NCBI GenBank assembly: GCA_038845975.1
Contig: JAWBQF010000031.1
Coordinates: 1 to 27,634, forward strand
DNA: 27,634 nt
Reading direction: 5' to 3'
From: Candidatus Methanomethylicia archaeon
GTDB taxonomy: Archaea > Thermoproteota > Methanomethylicia > CALHIW01
A program made the position numbers and the translations under genes. Numbering within the stretch: the first letter of the stretch is position 1; every line of letters starts with the position of its first letter. Shown one piece after another: positions 1 through 10,229 of the stretch. The notes under the pieces are model-generated. The model searched no databases and was not told where the DNA came from. It was given only the letters and a program-made list of their open reading frames with translations.

Positions 1-220
1 ATTCCTCTTTCATCCCTAATCCATAAGATTAGGTAATTATCATAGAATATTGCAATGTTCCCACTCCATGGTGATTTGAAAGTAATGGTGTAGTTTCCCC
101 CAGCTAAATATGTTACATTATCTACCTGATTTATTCTCTGCCATCTTTTTACTGTAGGATTAAAGAAGCTTCACGTGGAAAATATGTGACGTCAACCAAT
201 GGTTTACCATACACTAGTAA
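1..220 (-). pseudogene. Frameshifted fragment of a probable surface/pilin-associated protein, running off the window start
   Basis: Minus strand reads FFNPTVKRWQRINQVDNVTYLAGGNYTITFKSPWSGNIAIFYDNYLILWIRDERG. An in-frame TGA precedes it, and an upstream segment (LLVYGKPLVDVTYFP) is in another frame. The family guess rests only on the beta-rich character and the DERG end. Confidence 0.3.
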
Positions 221-639
221 TAACTGGCTTAACAGGTAAAGCTTAGAGAATGCTAGTTGAATCATAGCATTATGCAAGTCATTAAGGGATTAAGATCCTA
301 ATTGATTAATATATTCTTAATATTACCAAAAGATCACCGTAATTACGGATTCATAAAAGCTTACATCACCACTCACAATTATTTTAAAGTTGTATATTCT
401 AGAGAATATTTTATTTGTTACAACTAAATTATCTATGGAATTGGACACAAGAGCTATTTTACAAAAATATTCATCTATAAGGTAGTCTATTAGCCTTACA
501 TGAGCCTTTATGTAATTCCCATATTCGCCAAAGTATATTTAATTAACGCTGCGTGAAACCAATTGTAAGCCTATGACCATGATTTGATGCTTTCACCTCC
601 TGTTTCAGATCAAGCAAGGCAACACTCAACACAATCACA

Positions 640-1042
640 TACATCTCGTCTAGAAACTCTATGGGTATTCTTCTTGGCTTTAGTCCTTCTGGCGTAAATA
701 CTATGTCCCATAAGTCTATCTCTGGCCTGCCTATAATAAGCTCGATGTATCTCCTAAGGTTTCTGCAACTTCGAATACGGCGCCGCCCAGCACATTAACC
801 TTGGAAAACCACGTCTACCATGCATCTCCCTATGGTCTTTAACCTTCCCTCCTCATCCGCTATTCTAAGCTAATATGGCTCTTTTAGGGTATAAAAACGC
901 TAAGTATATCTGTAAGCCTTTTAGAGATTATGCTCTTGCTAGCACCAGTATCTACAAGCGCCTTAACCTCAATAAATCTATCTTCACACCTCAGCTTAAC
1001 CTCAGCAAAGACCTGCTCAGGCTCATAGTACTCATTACACAC
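640..1042 (-). pseudogene. Retropepsin-like (clan AA) aspartyl protease pseudogene
   Basis: Manual minus-strand translation gives EQVFAEVKLRCEDRFIEVKALVDTGASKSIISKRL (DTG at 944-952), then LRIADEEGRLKTIG and ELIIGRPEIDLWDIVF, broken by stops and frameshifts. Not in the ORF track. Confidence 0.75.
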
Positions 1043-1389
1043 TTGTACCGTAGAAATATTTAATTCTTACAGTATTACATCACCGAGTATTAGAGAATAC
1101 GGTAATATTCTAAATTGATTCTTTAAGTATAAGTCTCTTAAGTTATTGTAAGTATAAACCATTATCTCTTTAAAGCGTATACATGAGGTTTCTCTAACAC
1201 AAGGCATGTTTATACCGGGATTTGTAAAAATCAATTATGGTTTAAGAAGCTATAAGTATGGGAAGATAGTTGAAAGTGTTAAACAATTTATTGCTAACTG
1301 AAACTCGTAGATTTAAACTTTCTTCATCAAGAAAGTTATTGGAGAGTAAAGTAGTTGAACTAATGATGTATAATGTAGTTTTATTATGT

Positions 1390-2346
1390 TTATTTTAGAA
1401 TCCATTTTATTGTTTCATCTTTAATCTCTTTAACAACCCCGTTTTTTTCAAGGTAGTGGAGATGGGCTATTGTTTCACCGATAATGAACCATCTTTGAGT
1501 TGTTGGTATTTCCTCCCAGCTACTATATTTTATATCCCAGGATATGTATGGTGCTATTTGCCAAGCGTTTTTTACTCCGCTTCTTAATGCGTCAATAACT
1601 TCTCTAAGTCTTCTTTCATGGTGTTTTTTAATCCCTAGTATTCTACTCTTAATATCTCCTTGGAATCCTCTATGTCCTGGAAGTGTTAGGTTTACTTTAA
1701 GCATATATATTTTATCGAGGCTTCTAAGATATTCACTAAGTGATTCATATCCCTTCCAGTAGGAAATGTTTGGTGTAATGTCGAATAGTATGTGGTCGCC
1801 TGAGAATAGTATTTTCTTCTCTTCATCGTAGAGGCACATGTGGCCTGGAGTATGTCCGGGAGTTAAAACTGTTTTTAAAGTGTATTCTCCATATTCAAGA
1901 ATTTCCCCATCTTTTACTGGATGGAATTGGATATTGCTTGAATATTTAATTCCTGGATGAACTGTTAAAATCTTTTCAGCATCCTCTTTTGGGAAGCCGT
2001 TCATCTTAAGATATTCTAAAACCTCAAGCCAATGCTCTAAGCTTCTAGATTTCTCCATGATTTCAGCATCAATACCACTCATGTAGACCTTGCTTGTTAA
2101 TCTACCTGTAAGACCAATATGGTCTGCATGGAGATGTGTAGCGAAGTAATCTGCATATCTGAAATCAACTTTAACCTCATTTAATGCTTCTATAAGTTTA
2201 ACATAGCATACATCCATATTAAACCCTGTATCAATTATGAGGGATTTCTCAGCCTTAATAATGTAGGAGTTAACTGTTTTAAGAGGATTTCCTGGAAGCG
2301 GAATCTCAACCTTAAAAAGGTTTGGAAGTATTTTAGCTATAGACAT
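1390..2346 (-). CDS. MBL-fold metallo-hydrolase
   Basis: THLHADH (HxHxDH), TPGHTPGH, FSGDH and LPGH motifs; C-terminal helical/wHTH-like extension typical of this family. Confidence 0.92.
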   Translation of the reverse strand: MSIAKILPNLFKVEIPLPGNPLKTVNSYIIKAEKSLIIDTGFNMDVCYVKLIEALNEVKVDFRYADYFATHLHADHIGLTGRLTSKVYMSGIDAEIMEKSRSLEHWLEVLEYLKMNGFPKEDAEKILTVHPGIKYSSNIQFHPVKDGEILEYGEYTLKTVLTPGHTPGHMCLYDEEKKILFSGDHILFDITPNISYWKGYESLSEYLRSLDKIYMLKVNLTLPGHRGFQGDIKSRILGIKKHHERRLREVIDALRSGVKNAWQIAPYISWDIKYSSWEEIPTTQRWFIIGETIAHLHYLEKNGVVKEIKDETIKWILK

Positions 2347-2412
2347 TACCTACACCAACTACTCAATAAAGAACTCATCCTAGAATGTTTATAAGCTTTT
2401 CTAGCTTGAAGA

Positions 2413-2462
2413 GGATCTGGCAACTTAAGAAGAAAGCTACAATATACTAAGTTGCCACGTCC
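2413..2462. mobile_element. 50-bp IS6-derived MITE, copy 1
   Basis: ggatctggcaactta...taagttgccacgtcc inverted ends; core shared with copies at 5611 and 10858; no convincing target-site duplication (TSD). Confidence 0.75.
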
Positions 2463-2638
2463 TGGAGGCATTACCCTATCAAATTTAGAGGTTCCTATTG
2501 TATTCTAGTGGATGATTGTTATATGTATTGACTTGATTTACATGATATAGAGTTATTATAAATCTAGTAGAAGCTAATCAAGCAACTTATGAAGAATTTA
2601 GTACAGTATTTTAAGATAAATTCCAGCTCTACTCCTTA

Positions 2639-3046
2639 TTAAATAAAGATTATTTCATTTTTTAAATCTATGAAGTGTTTATCACCAGTTATAATTTTTG
2701 CATTCTCTCTTCGTGCAGTAGCTAGTATGATTGAGTCAGCTAGCCCCCATCCCTTAACTATTCTTCTCCTTTCTATATCTATTTCCCCAGCTAATCTTGC
2801 TATTTCCTCAGTTAAGTCAACTATTAGAGTTGAGGTTTTTATGAAGTCTAATTTATCCTCTCTTCCCGTTACTGTTTCTCTTCCAGCTAAAACTTCATTT
2901 AGTAGTTTTCTACTGATTTCTGCAACAACTATTGTAGGTGTTGCTGAATCCCTCTTCTCAATATAGTCTTTCGCAGTATACCCCCTCCTAGACCCTATAA
3001 AATACTCCATCCATGCATATGAGTCTATTATGAAATCATAGTTCAT
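2639..3046 (-). CDS. vapC: VapC/PIN-domain toxin
   Basis: IIDSYAWMEYF, VVAEI, LADSIILATA and ITGDKHF PIN motifs; overlaps the upstream antitoxin. Start taken at MNYDF (ORF track extends to 3061). Confidence 0.92.
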   Translation of the reverse strand: MNYDFIIDSYAWMEYFIGSRRGYTAKDYIEKRDSATPTIVVAEISRKLLNEVLAGRETVTGREDKLDFIKTSTLIVDLTEEIARLAGEIDIERRRIVKGWGLADSIILATARRENAKIITGDKHFIDLKNEIIFI

Positions 3047-3236
3047 GAAGTTCCGCCTCATCCTCCTCCTTGAACGGGGTTAAATTTGGGTTTGAACCAA
3101 ATAGAGAATTTCGAACTTTATACTTTTCACTCACCATGATTCTTATAAGTTCATCATAAGTTTTAACATTTATTCTCTTCATCAATTCCTTCAAGATCCT
3201 TACTGTCTTCTTACTAACCTGTATTGTAGTTTTCAT
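3036..3236 (-). CDS. vapB: VapB-type antitoxin (RHH-like)
   Basis: MKTTIQVSKKT...KTYDELIR...SLFG with an acidic C-terminus, coupled to vapC. TATA-like GTTTAAGT at 3260-3267 favours the start at 3236. Confidence 0.85.
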   Translation of the reverse strand: MKTTIQVSKKTVRILKELMKRINVKTYDELIRIMVSEKYKVRNSLFGSNPNLTPFKEEDEAELHEL

Positions 3237-3238
3237 AA

Positions 3239-3267
3239 TATAGCTATAGCTATAGCTATACTTAAAC
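3239..3267 (-). promoter_or_regulatory. vapBC promoter: TATA box plus 22-bp palindromic putative operator
   Basis: Perfect palindrome tatagctatagctatagctata (3239-3260) between the TATA-like box and the ATG. Confidence 0.55.
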
Positions 3268-3536
3268 ATTTCGAACATCATTAATACATCTTTTACTCCT
3301 ACTTTAACAACATAATTCTGATGCTGACTTACAGTGAAGCTTCCAAATTCATTATGGTATTTTAAGTCGCTGCTGAATCATAGTTTTAGATTCAATACGT
3401 TTACTCTAAATACTATATGGAGATGCTTTATTTCTCAAGTAAATGATTATTGCTATTAGCTAGCTACATGTTAAATTATGTTATGATTTGCTTTCTTGAC
3501 TATGGTGTATAGATTCTCACGTTACATTAAGCCTTG

Positions 3537-4334
3537 TTAAGTAGTGGTTGTAGCACCTATAGCCTCTTTTATTCTTGCTTTAAGTAGTGCTGCTAGCTTC
3601 TGCTGGTCAACTAGTTTAATACCGTCCTTAGCCAGTACATATGGTATCCAGATAGGTGTTGTAGGTACTCCCCTCATCTTCTTAACCATAAGCTGTTTTA
3701 TAGGTATTCCTAGCTGTTGGAGGTTTGGATCTAAGCCAATATCTATAACTCCATCAACTAAATATTCTAAATTCCTCTTTAACTCTATTGAGTCGCTTGT
3801 AGTTGTATGTAGTGTTGCGAGGGTTAGGATTTTTCTTGCCTTCGACGTTACAGCTCTAACTATCTTTATGAGGTTTATAATTCCTCTAATATCAAGTGTA
3901 AGGATAAGTTCATTTATGGAGTCAATTATTAAGACTCCTTTACTACTTATATTCATTTCATCTATTAGGTCTATTATTGCCTTAATAATGTTTTGAGGAT
4001 CTTCTGTCCTTACTTCTTTAGCTACTAACTCATGGCTTCTCCTCATGGGGCCAAGCCTCCATGAGAAGCCATCAATAAATCTAAGTAAGCCGCCTTTAGC
4101 AATTAAATCAATATTTAAAAGCCTAAATGAATCCATAATTGCGAATGGATCATCATCTAAAGCTAGGTAGATAACAGGCTCCCTCATTTCAATAAACGTC
4201 TTAGCAACATAGTAGGTTATTACAGACTTCCCTGAACCAGCATCACCACTAATTAGAATAAAGGAGTTACGTAGAATACCTTCAGGAGCACCAATATCAA
4301 TAGGTATAATACCTGTTTTAATAGTTTCAGACAT
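3537..4334 (-). CDS. KaiC/RAD55-family single-domain ATPase
   Basis: KTGI N-terminus, Walker A GDAGSGKS, Walker B LIIDS, EYLVDGVI and VKKMRG motif. Confidence 0.9.
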   Translation of the reverse strand: MSETIKTGIIPIDIGAPEGILRNSFILISGDAGSGKSVITYYVAKTFIEMREPVIYLALDDDPFAIMDSFRLLNIDLIAKGGLLRFIDGFSWRLGPMRRSHELVAKEVRTEDPQNIIKAIIDLIDEMNISSKGVLIIDSINELILTLDIRGIINLIKIVRAVTSKARKILTLATLHTTTSDSIELKRNLEYLVDGVIDIGLDPNLQQLGIPIKQLMVKKMRGVPTTPIWIPYVLAKDGIKLVDQQKLAALLKARIKEAIGATTTT

Positions 4335-4999
4335 GAATCAATAATAGTTATTAACTTAAAAACTTTACTATAGGTAGATATTATATCATTTTACCCTCTC
4401 TGCTAGAATCTTTGCTTTATCTATATCTCCATTTTCCACATGGTGTCCAGCCATTCAGTAATATGTAGCCTCAATTATAGTATGCTAGGCATATACAGCC
4501 TCCTACATGTTCTAGTTAATAATTCTAACACTCAGCTTTACAAAACCATATATACTAAAGCTTCATTTAAATTTGAAAGGGAAAGGTAGGGGTTATGAGG
4601 TAAAGCAACTGGAACTAAAGATATAATGATTAAAAGCTAAACACCTATAGCTGGAGAAATTTTAGACTAGACTTCTAAAGGCCTTCTTGAAGAACTTAAA
4701 CCCTACAATGATCTTCATCGAGAAAGTATTGAGTAAGAAGATGATTAAGGAGATACTAGAGAAGGGAAACAACTCCTACATAAAGACTGGTAGCAACAAC
4801 CAATAGCGAGGTATACTACAGCCAGAAATAGGAGTTGTAAAATATATAGCGTGCAAACACCAATATGGAGACAATAATAAAAACGACGAGAAATCAACAA
4901 TAAATTCAATCCACTTAATTAAGATAGAATTAACATAGCCTAAACAAATGACCTCAAAACATTAGGCTTTCATAATTCATTTATCATATATAAATGTTA

Positions 5000-5554
5000 T
5001 TATGGCTTTTCAAGGAATTTCCTTACAACCTTCTCTAGGTTGTCTACTGATCTTTTAAGTTCACGTCTTGTTTTTAATAGTTCACGTCTAGTTCCTATAA
5101 GCTCTTTAGATATTATGTCGTAGCGATCAGCCATATCTTTAAATTGCCTATTCATATCTTGATGCATTGATTGTATACTTTCCTTTAGGTCTTGATGCAT
5201 ATTCTTAATGTCTTGTCTTATTGCTATTGCTATGTTGAGGGCTGCCATTAGTCTTTCACCCATTTCCTCCTCTACGGTTCCGTGCTTGATGTCGAAGTAT
5301 TGGTATTCACCTGTAGCCGGCTCTTCCCCTACTATTTTTATGTTTTCCACAGCTATTAGGTCCTTTTTAACATTTATTTGCTCTATGAAACTTCTTAATG
5401 TCTGCTCTTCAGCTTCACATATTATTCTTACAGTTTCATCCCTTAAATTCTCCACGTAGCCCTTAACATTCAGTTTTCTAGCTATGGATTGAACATAGTC
5501 TCTATAGCCAACCTTCTGTACAGTACCATAAACTATTATCTCAGCCCTAATCAA
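5000..5554 (-). CDS. Acylphosphatase with C-terminal coiled-coil extension
   Basis: GTVQKVGYR and GYVENL catalytic motifs in the first ~90 aa, then ~90 aa of heptad-like sequence. TTG start with a TATA-like box ~20-25 bp upstream. Confidence 0.85.
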   Translation of the reverse strand: MIRAEIIVYGTVQKVGYRDYVQSIARKLNVKGYVENLRDETVRIICEAEEQTLRSFIEQINVKKDLIAVENIKIVGEEPATGEYQYFDIKHGTVEEEMGERLMAALNIAIAIRQDIKNMHQDLKESIQSMHQDMNRQFKDMADRYDIISKELIGTRRELLKTRRELKRSVDNLEKVVRKFLEKP

Positions 5555-5610
5555 GACTAACCAATACTATACTTAAATAGAGACATATATGTTTTTCCTT
5601 AATTTATAGC

Positions 5611-5660
5611 GGAGGTGGCAACCTGAGAAGGAGGTTACAATATGCTAAGTTACCAGGTCC
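5611..5660. mobile_element. 50-bp IS6-derived MITE, copy 2
   Basis: ggaggtggcaacctgag...ctaagttaccaggtcc, flanked by the 9-bp direct repeat atttatagc/atttacagc. Confidence 0.8.
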
Positions 5661-6934
5661 ATTTACAGCATCTTGCCAAGTGAGGTGGAAGTGAAACCTA
5701 CAGTTTAAGTTTAGAATTCAGCTCTAAACTGGAATTATTACATGTATCTACATAGGGTGGAGTAGTATTCTACATGTAAATTCGTCTCAGGCTAACGAGA
5801 GTTTCATGAGTTTTCATGTAAGTGTTGAGTTTCCAACTTGACAAAACCGGTAGAGACTTCAGCTTAGTATTTATCCTCCATATTCTTATACTACACGCTT
5901 ATTAAGATCCCTCATTCCATGCAGATTCATGAATTTCAGAGTTAAACCATAAACTTAATAGTATGTTAACGCTTTAATATGGGCTCACTTAGTAATAATA
6001 GGCTGAATTGTTTGAAGGAGGGATTGACTAGGAAACTGTTGAGGTTCCCTCTCTTTCTTCCCGGAAAACTATTGTTACATTGATAGCTGCTTTAAGCTTT
6101 ATTGTGGTAGCTTGCTTACTGAAACTGGAGTCTTACAGAGTATATTCACTATGCTTAGTTGCCCTATCATTCCTACTTATATTTACTGATTTTAGTGTAA
6201 GTCCGGCTTTAACATGGCTTTACATGTTATCTACTAGAAATTTATTTGGTAAGAGTAGGCCTTCATGATTTTATCATGCTTAAAGGGTTAAATCAATATT
6301 AATTCAGGAAGAAGTGAGTAGACTTGAATTTGGAGCGAGTAGTATTGGAATGGTATTAATGGCTTAGCTGAGGACTTAATGGTTTAATGAAATCTTAATT
6401 GACCTCCCCTCTAAAAGATTATAACACGTGGGGGTATACTCTGTTATTCAGATTCTTAAAATCATTAGCTTCACATAGTAGGTATCATACTGAGATAGCT
6501 ATAATAGGCTTAAAGCCTTATTAAGTAGGAGTATTGATGATTTCACTTGGAATGATGTTAATACTCTGGATGGATTTCAGAGAATAGAAAAATATTATGA
6601 AACAGATGATGGAAATATGTAAGCTATTACTTGAAGGCTAGAATCCTATAGCTACGTTAAGAGGGGCTTATACTGTCGAGATGGAGATAAGAGGGGGTTA
6701 AATACCCTTATTGGGCTTAATGAAATGTAATTGAGGGAATTACTTATTCTCTATGGAACTAGTATTTGGGGATCTCACTATTTTACCCATGCAACATTCA
6801 TGGAAACCTCACCAGTAACAATTTATAACGTAGCCAAATAGCAAGCCCTCCAAGTTTTATAAACTATATTAAGTCTTTCCATTTTTTAAGGGAATTTAGC
6901 AAACCGTAAAACTTTAAACAACTGAAAGTATAAC

Positions 6935-7327
6935 ATGTTAGTGACTGTTATGACTGTAAAGTTGAGGTTTGTAGTTCATGAGCATGATGCGAAGAAAGCA
7001 GGACTACATTACGATCTTAGGCTTGAATCAAACAGCATTCTTAAGGATTGGGCTTTTAGAAAAGCACCACCAGAAAGTATGGGGATTAAAAGATTTGGTA
7101 TTGCCCAGGAAGACCATGACCTATTATGGTTAGACTTTGAAGGGGAAATTAGGGAGGGCTATGGTGCTGGAACGATGAAAATATGGGATAGAGGATTTTA
7201 TGAAGTGATTAGGAAAACGGATAAAGCCATTGTTTTAAAGTTTTACGGAAATAGACTTAAAGGAGAATATATGCTTATACCTTTTAGAAACGGTTGGTTA
7301 TTCTTCAAGGCAAAACTCCACAACTAA
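6935..7327 (+). CDS. Stand-alone LigD-type DNA 3'-phosphoesterase (PE) domain protein
   Basis: FVVHEHDA, LHYDLRLE, EDH, FEGEI.EGYGAG.M.IWD.G.Y and G.RLKG.Y motifs of the LigD PE family. Confidence 0.92.
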   Translation: MLVTVMTVKLRFVVHEHDAKKAGLHYDLRLESNSILKDWAFRKAPPESMGIKRFGIAQEDHDLLWLDFEGEIREGYGAGTMKIWDRGFYEVIRKTDKAIVLKFYGNRLKGEYMLIPFRNGWLFFKAKLHN

Positions 7328-8357
7328 ATAGGTTACCCTATATTAAAGGACTTTACACTCTTCATTTATGGAAATATATCTGAGGTTGAGGAGATAATTT
7401 TAGAATGTTGCCTAAATCTAGTTGAATGTAAACTTACGAGAGTTTCCAAGTATGGATAGTTTAAGAGGAATTAATAAGCGCTTTTATTAAGCCTCTTCAT
7501 AAACTTCTTAAATATAAAGGACATAATGGAGAGCATCATAGCTACTAACCAGATTAAACGGTATCTTTATATTAACCGCCATCCTTCTGAAAGAATAATC
7601 CAAGAAGTATGTCCAAAATTCATTAATAAGGAATAGCTCTAATGTAAATTTCACCAGAGAAGTGGCTATACGGGCTTTGTTCTCGTTATGGTGCTTGTTA
7701 GCAAGCTTGTTTAAGCCTATCCCGATCCAGTTTATTAATGAGTTAGTTCTTCCAGTATCTCTCCGCCGTACCTTTACTGATGCTTTATCAAGATCGTTAA
7801 AATATTTCTAACCTTTCCTCTATAGCAATTATTTCACCACGATTAGCTTCACTATGATTTATTCGAATATATGCTTTAGGATGAGGTTATTATCGTAATA
7901 GCATTGACTAAAGCTCCTCTTTATTGTTTACAATCGCTCCAACCGGTTTTGAATTGAATGCGATAGCGGTTGGATGAATTGTGCCAGCCTCCCATAAGCA
8001 ATTTAGTATCGTTAATTATGGGAGGTTATCTTGACCTCATGATTAATATTATAAGCTTCTTCCTTTAATTTTTGGATAGCCCATATAAATAATAGTGTTC
8101 TATCAACTCTAGATTTTACATCATTTCACCACTCCCTACTGGAACCTTATCCGTACTCCACATAGCATCCAATCGTTTAGATACAATTCATACAATGAAT
8201 GAACCTTAATATTATACTTTAAATATGCTTCTAACTAGATGTTTCAGTATTAAGCTTGAATTGAATTCTTAAACTAATGTCTATTAATGATCTTATGGCT
8301 TTTCCAAAAGCTTTAATTGGAATGGTGTAAGCTAGGAGGTTATTGGGTTTCCATTAG

Positions 8358-8633
8358 AGTATGAGGAGGAGGGAATAGTAGAGGATGTGAAGACCATTTT
8401 CACAAATTTTATCGGCGAATCCCGTCTTCTTGTAAAACTTAATCAGTTAAAGCTTATTCCACTAAGCTTTAAAGTTATCATTGAGACTGTAAACTATGTG
8501 TTTAAGCATAGGGTTTACATAGCCGACACCATACAGGTAGCATTAGCCAAAAATTTGATGAGCCTCTCACATACGATAAGATGTTAGCTCAAATAGCAAG
8601 CAATGAGGATTTAAAGGTAGTTGAAGTGTATAA
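8358..8633 (+). pseudogene. PIN-domain (VapC) toxin pseudogene, C-terminal part
   Basis: KHRVYIADTIQVALAK, then after a frameshift LTYDKMLAQIASNEDLKVV; N-terminus missing. Confidence 0.75.
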
Positions 8634-8814
8634 AAGATGCTTTAATAGGGACAAAAATGTTAGATTTTCTAAAATTCTTAAGTTCAAGTAAGATCTTTTA
8701 AGCAAGCAAAAGCTTTATGTTGTTAAATAATCTTCTAGAAACAATTATGATTGGAAGAAAAGAATTTAAAATATAACCTAACTCAGCCTCTCTAATGGAG
8801 CGATTTGTTTAAAA

Positions 8815-9261
8815 CTAGTTGTCTACGTTTACACTATAGAGTTCGAGAAGAAGTTTAGCGCAGAGCTCATAATGTCTTTTAGCTTTTTCATAGGCTACTG
8901 GTGCATAGTCTTTAAAGTATTCTGCATCTAATCCCTTCTCATATCCATATCCAGCTAATCCTCTTAACTCTGCAAGTTCGGAGATATTGCTAGCGAGTTC
9001 ATTGATTATTGAGAGAAACCATGTTGGAATACCTTCTATCCTGGAAATACGTTTAAAGACTATGCTTACATCATGTTCTCTTGGATACTCTATTCCTAAG
9101 GCTATTAGGACGGCTTTAGATACTTGCTCAACAGCCATTTGTGAAGAGTAAACTACATCGTCCCATCTCTCATCCTCTAAGGCTTTAAACGCTCCTCTTA
9201 ACCATCTTTTACCTCTTTTTAAAGCGGATGTGGCAAGGTCTATGTTTGTAAGTTTATTCAA
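8815..9261 (-). CDS. HEPN domain protein (MNT-HEPN pair)
   Basis: SQMAVEQVSKAVL, YPREHDV and R-x4-Y (RGLAGY); overlaps the upstream MNT gene. Confidence 0.9.
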   Translation of the reverse strand: MNKLTNIDLATSALKRGKRWLRGAFKALEDERWDDVVYSSQMAVEQVSKAVLIALGIEYPREHDVSIVFKRISRIEGIPTWFLSIINELASNISELAELRGLAGYGYEKGLDAEYFKDYAPVAYEKAKRHYELCAKLLLELYSVNVDN

Positions 9262-10018
9262 GCGTTATCACTTCTCCAGCTTTCAAATCCTTTAGAATCC
9301 AAAAGAATTTATGATTTGGTAGTGTAATTCTCATTGAACCCATTTCCTCCAACCTCTTCCTTAAGGACTGGAGTATCCTGGTTAAAAAGCTGTCTTTATC
9401 GTAGAGGATTACTCCATCGATTACAGCATCCAAATACATCCTGTTAAACTTCTTAGCCTCCTCTATGCTTAATGGATGGTTTTGAATTATTGGCCAATAG
9501 CCAGCTTCTAATGCATTTTTATACTCTAAACTTTCCTCCAGTTTTTCCTTCGCCCTCCTAAGCTCTTTAACCCTATTCCAAACAGGTTCATCACTCCATC
9601 CTCTAGCTATCACAATTACATCTATATCGCTGTCCCTACTCCAATCCCCTCTAGCTATGGAGCCGAAAAGCATAATGCTTACCAGCCTATCCTTTAATAG
9701 CTCATTTAATATTTCACAATATCTTCTAATTAGAGGAATGAAGTGCATGTGGGGAATTCTCTCTAAATTCTCAACCTTAAATTCTGATGAGTATAGAGTT
9801 CTATGTAATTCCTCTAAAATTTCACATACTTTAAACCCCTTCTGAGTCAACCTATAACCTCCATCACCCCTTTCCACTAATCCAAGATGTTCAAGCTTTC
9901 CTAACTTAAGTGATAGGGTTCTAGGGTTTCTAATAGCAGACTTTAAATCCTTGAATCTAGCTACCCCCTCCACCTTTAGTAGAGATAAGAGTTTGAAAGA
10001 GAGCTCGTTAAACATCAT
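9254..10018 (-). CDS. wHTH-fused minimal nucleotidyltransferase (MNT)
   Basis: N-terminal RFKDL...NPRTLS.KL..LE..GLVER...YRLT.KG wHTH; LFGSIARGD...SDID motif; ILYDKD.FL. Confidence 0.9.
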   Translation of the reverse strand: MMFNELSFKLLSLLKVEGVARFKDLKSAIRNPRTLSLKLGKLEHLGLVERGDGGYRLTQKGFKVCEILEELHRTLYSSEFKVENLERIPHMHFIPLIRRYCEILNELLKDRLVSIMLFGSIARGDWSRDSDIDVIVIARGWSDEPVWNRVKELRRAKEKLEESLEYKNALEAGYWPIIQNHPLSIEEAKKFNRMYLDAVIDGVILYDKDSFLTRILQSLRKRLEEMGSMRITLPNHKFFWILKDLKAGEVITLE

Positions 10019-10229
10019 AGCTAAGTATAACTAATTATATTTAAAGTTTACTTTTCTATATTATCTATAATAAATGCTATACAGATAAGCTATATGGAAG
10101 ACGGCCCCAAGGCTGCTGTAATAGTATTGCTTTAGTCAACGTCTACAAATAGTGATCTATCATTTTAAGCCAGATGCTTTATCATGCAATGCTTATAAAA
10201 TGGTTACATAAATGTTTACAGTGATGTTT

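Noticed and set aside
3537-4334. Circadian KaiC or RadA/RadB recombinase
   Set aside because: Single domain, no KaiA/KaiB nearby, and motifs fit the archaeal RAD55/KaiC-like group.
4381-4920. Coding-like fragments
   Set aside because: Short broken frames with no family I can identify.
6080-6830. 62-aa hydrophobic ORF and following coding-like sequence
   Set aside because: TTG start, no motifs, surrounded by decayed sequence; cannot support it as a gene.
7560-8220. Minus-strand gene remnant and 8-bp hairpin tccaaccg/cggttgga near 7938-7975
   Set aside because: Multiple stops and no recognisable family; the hairpin is single-copy and short.
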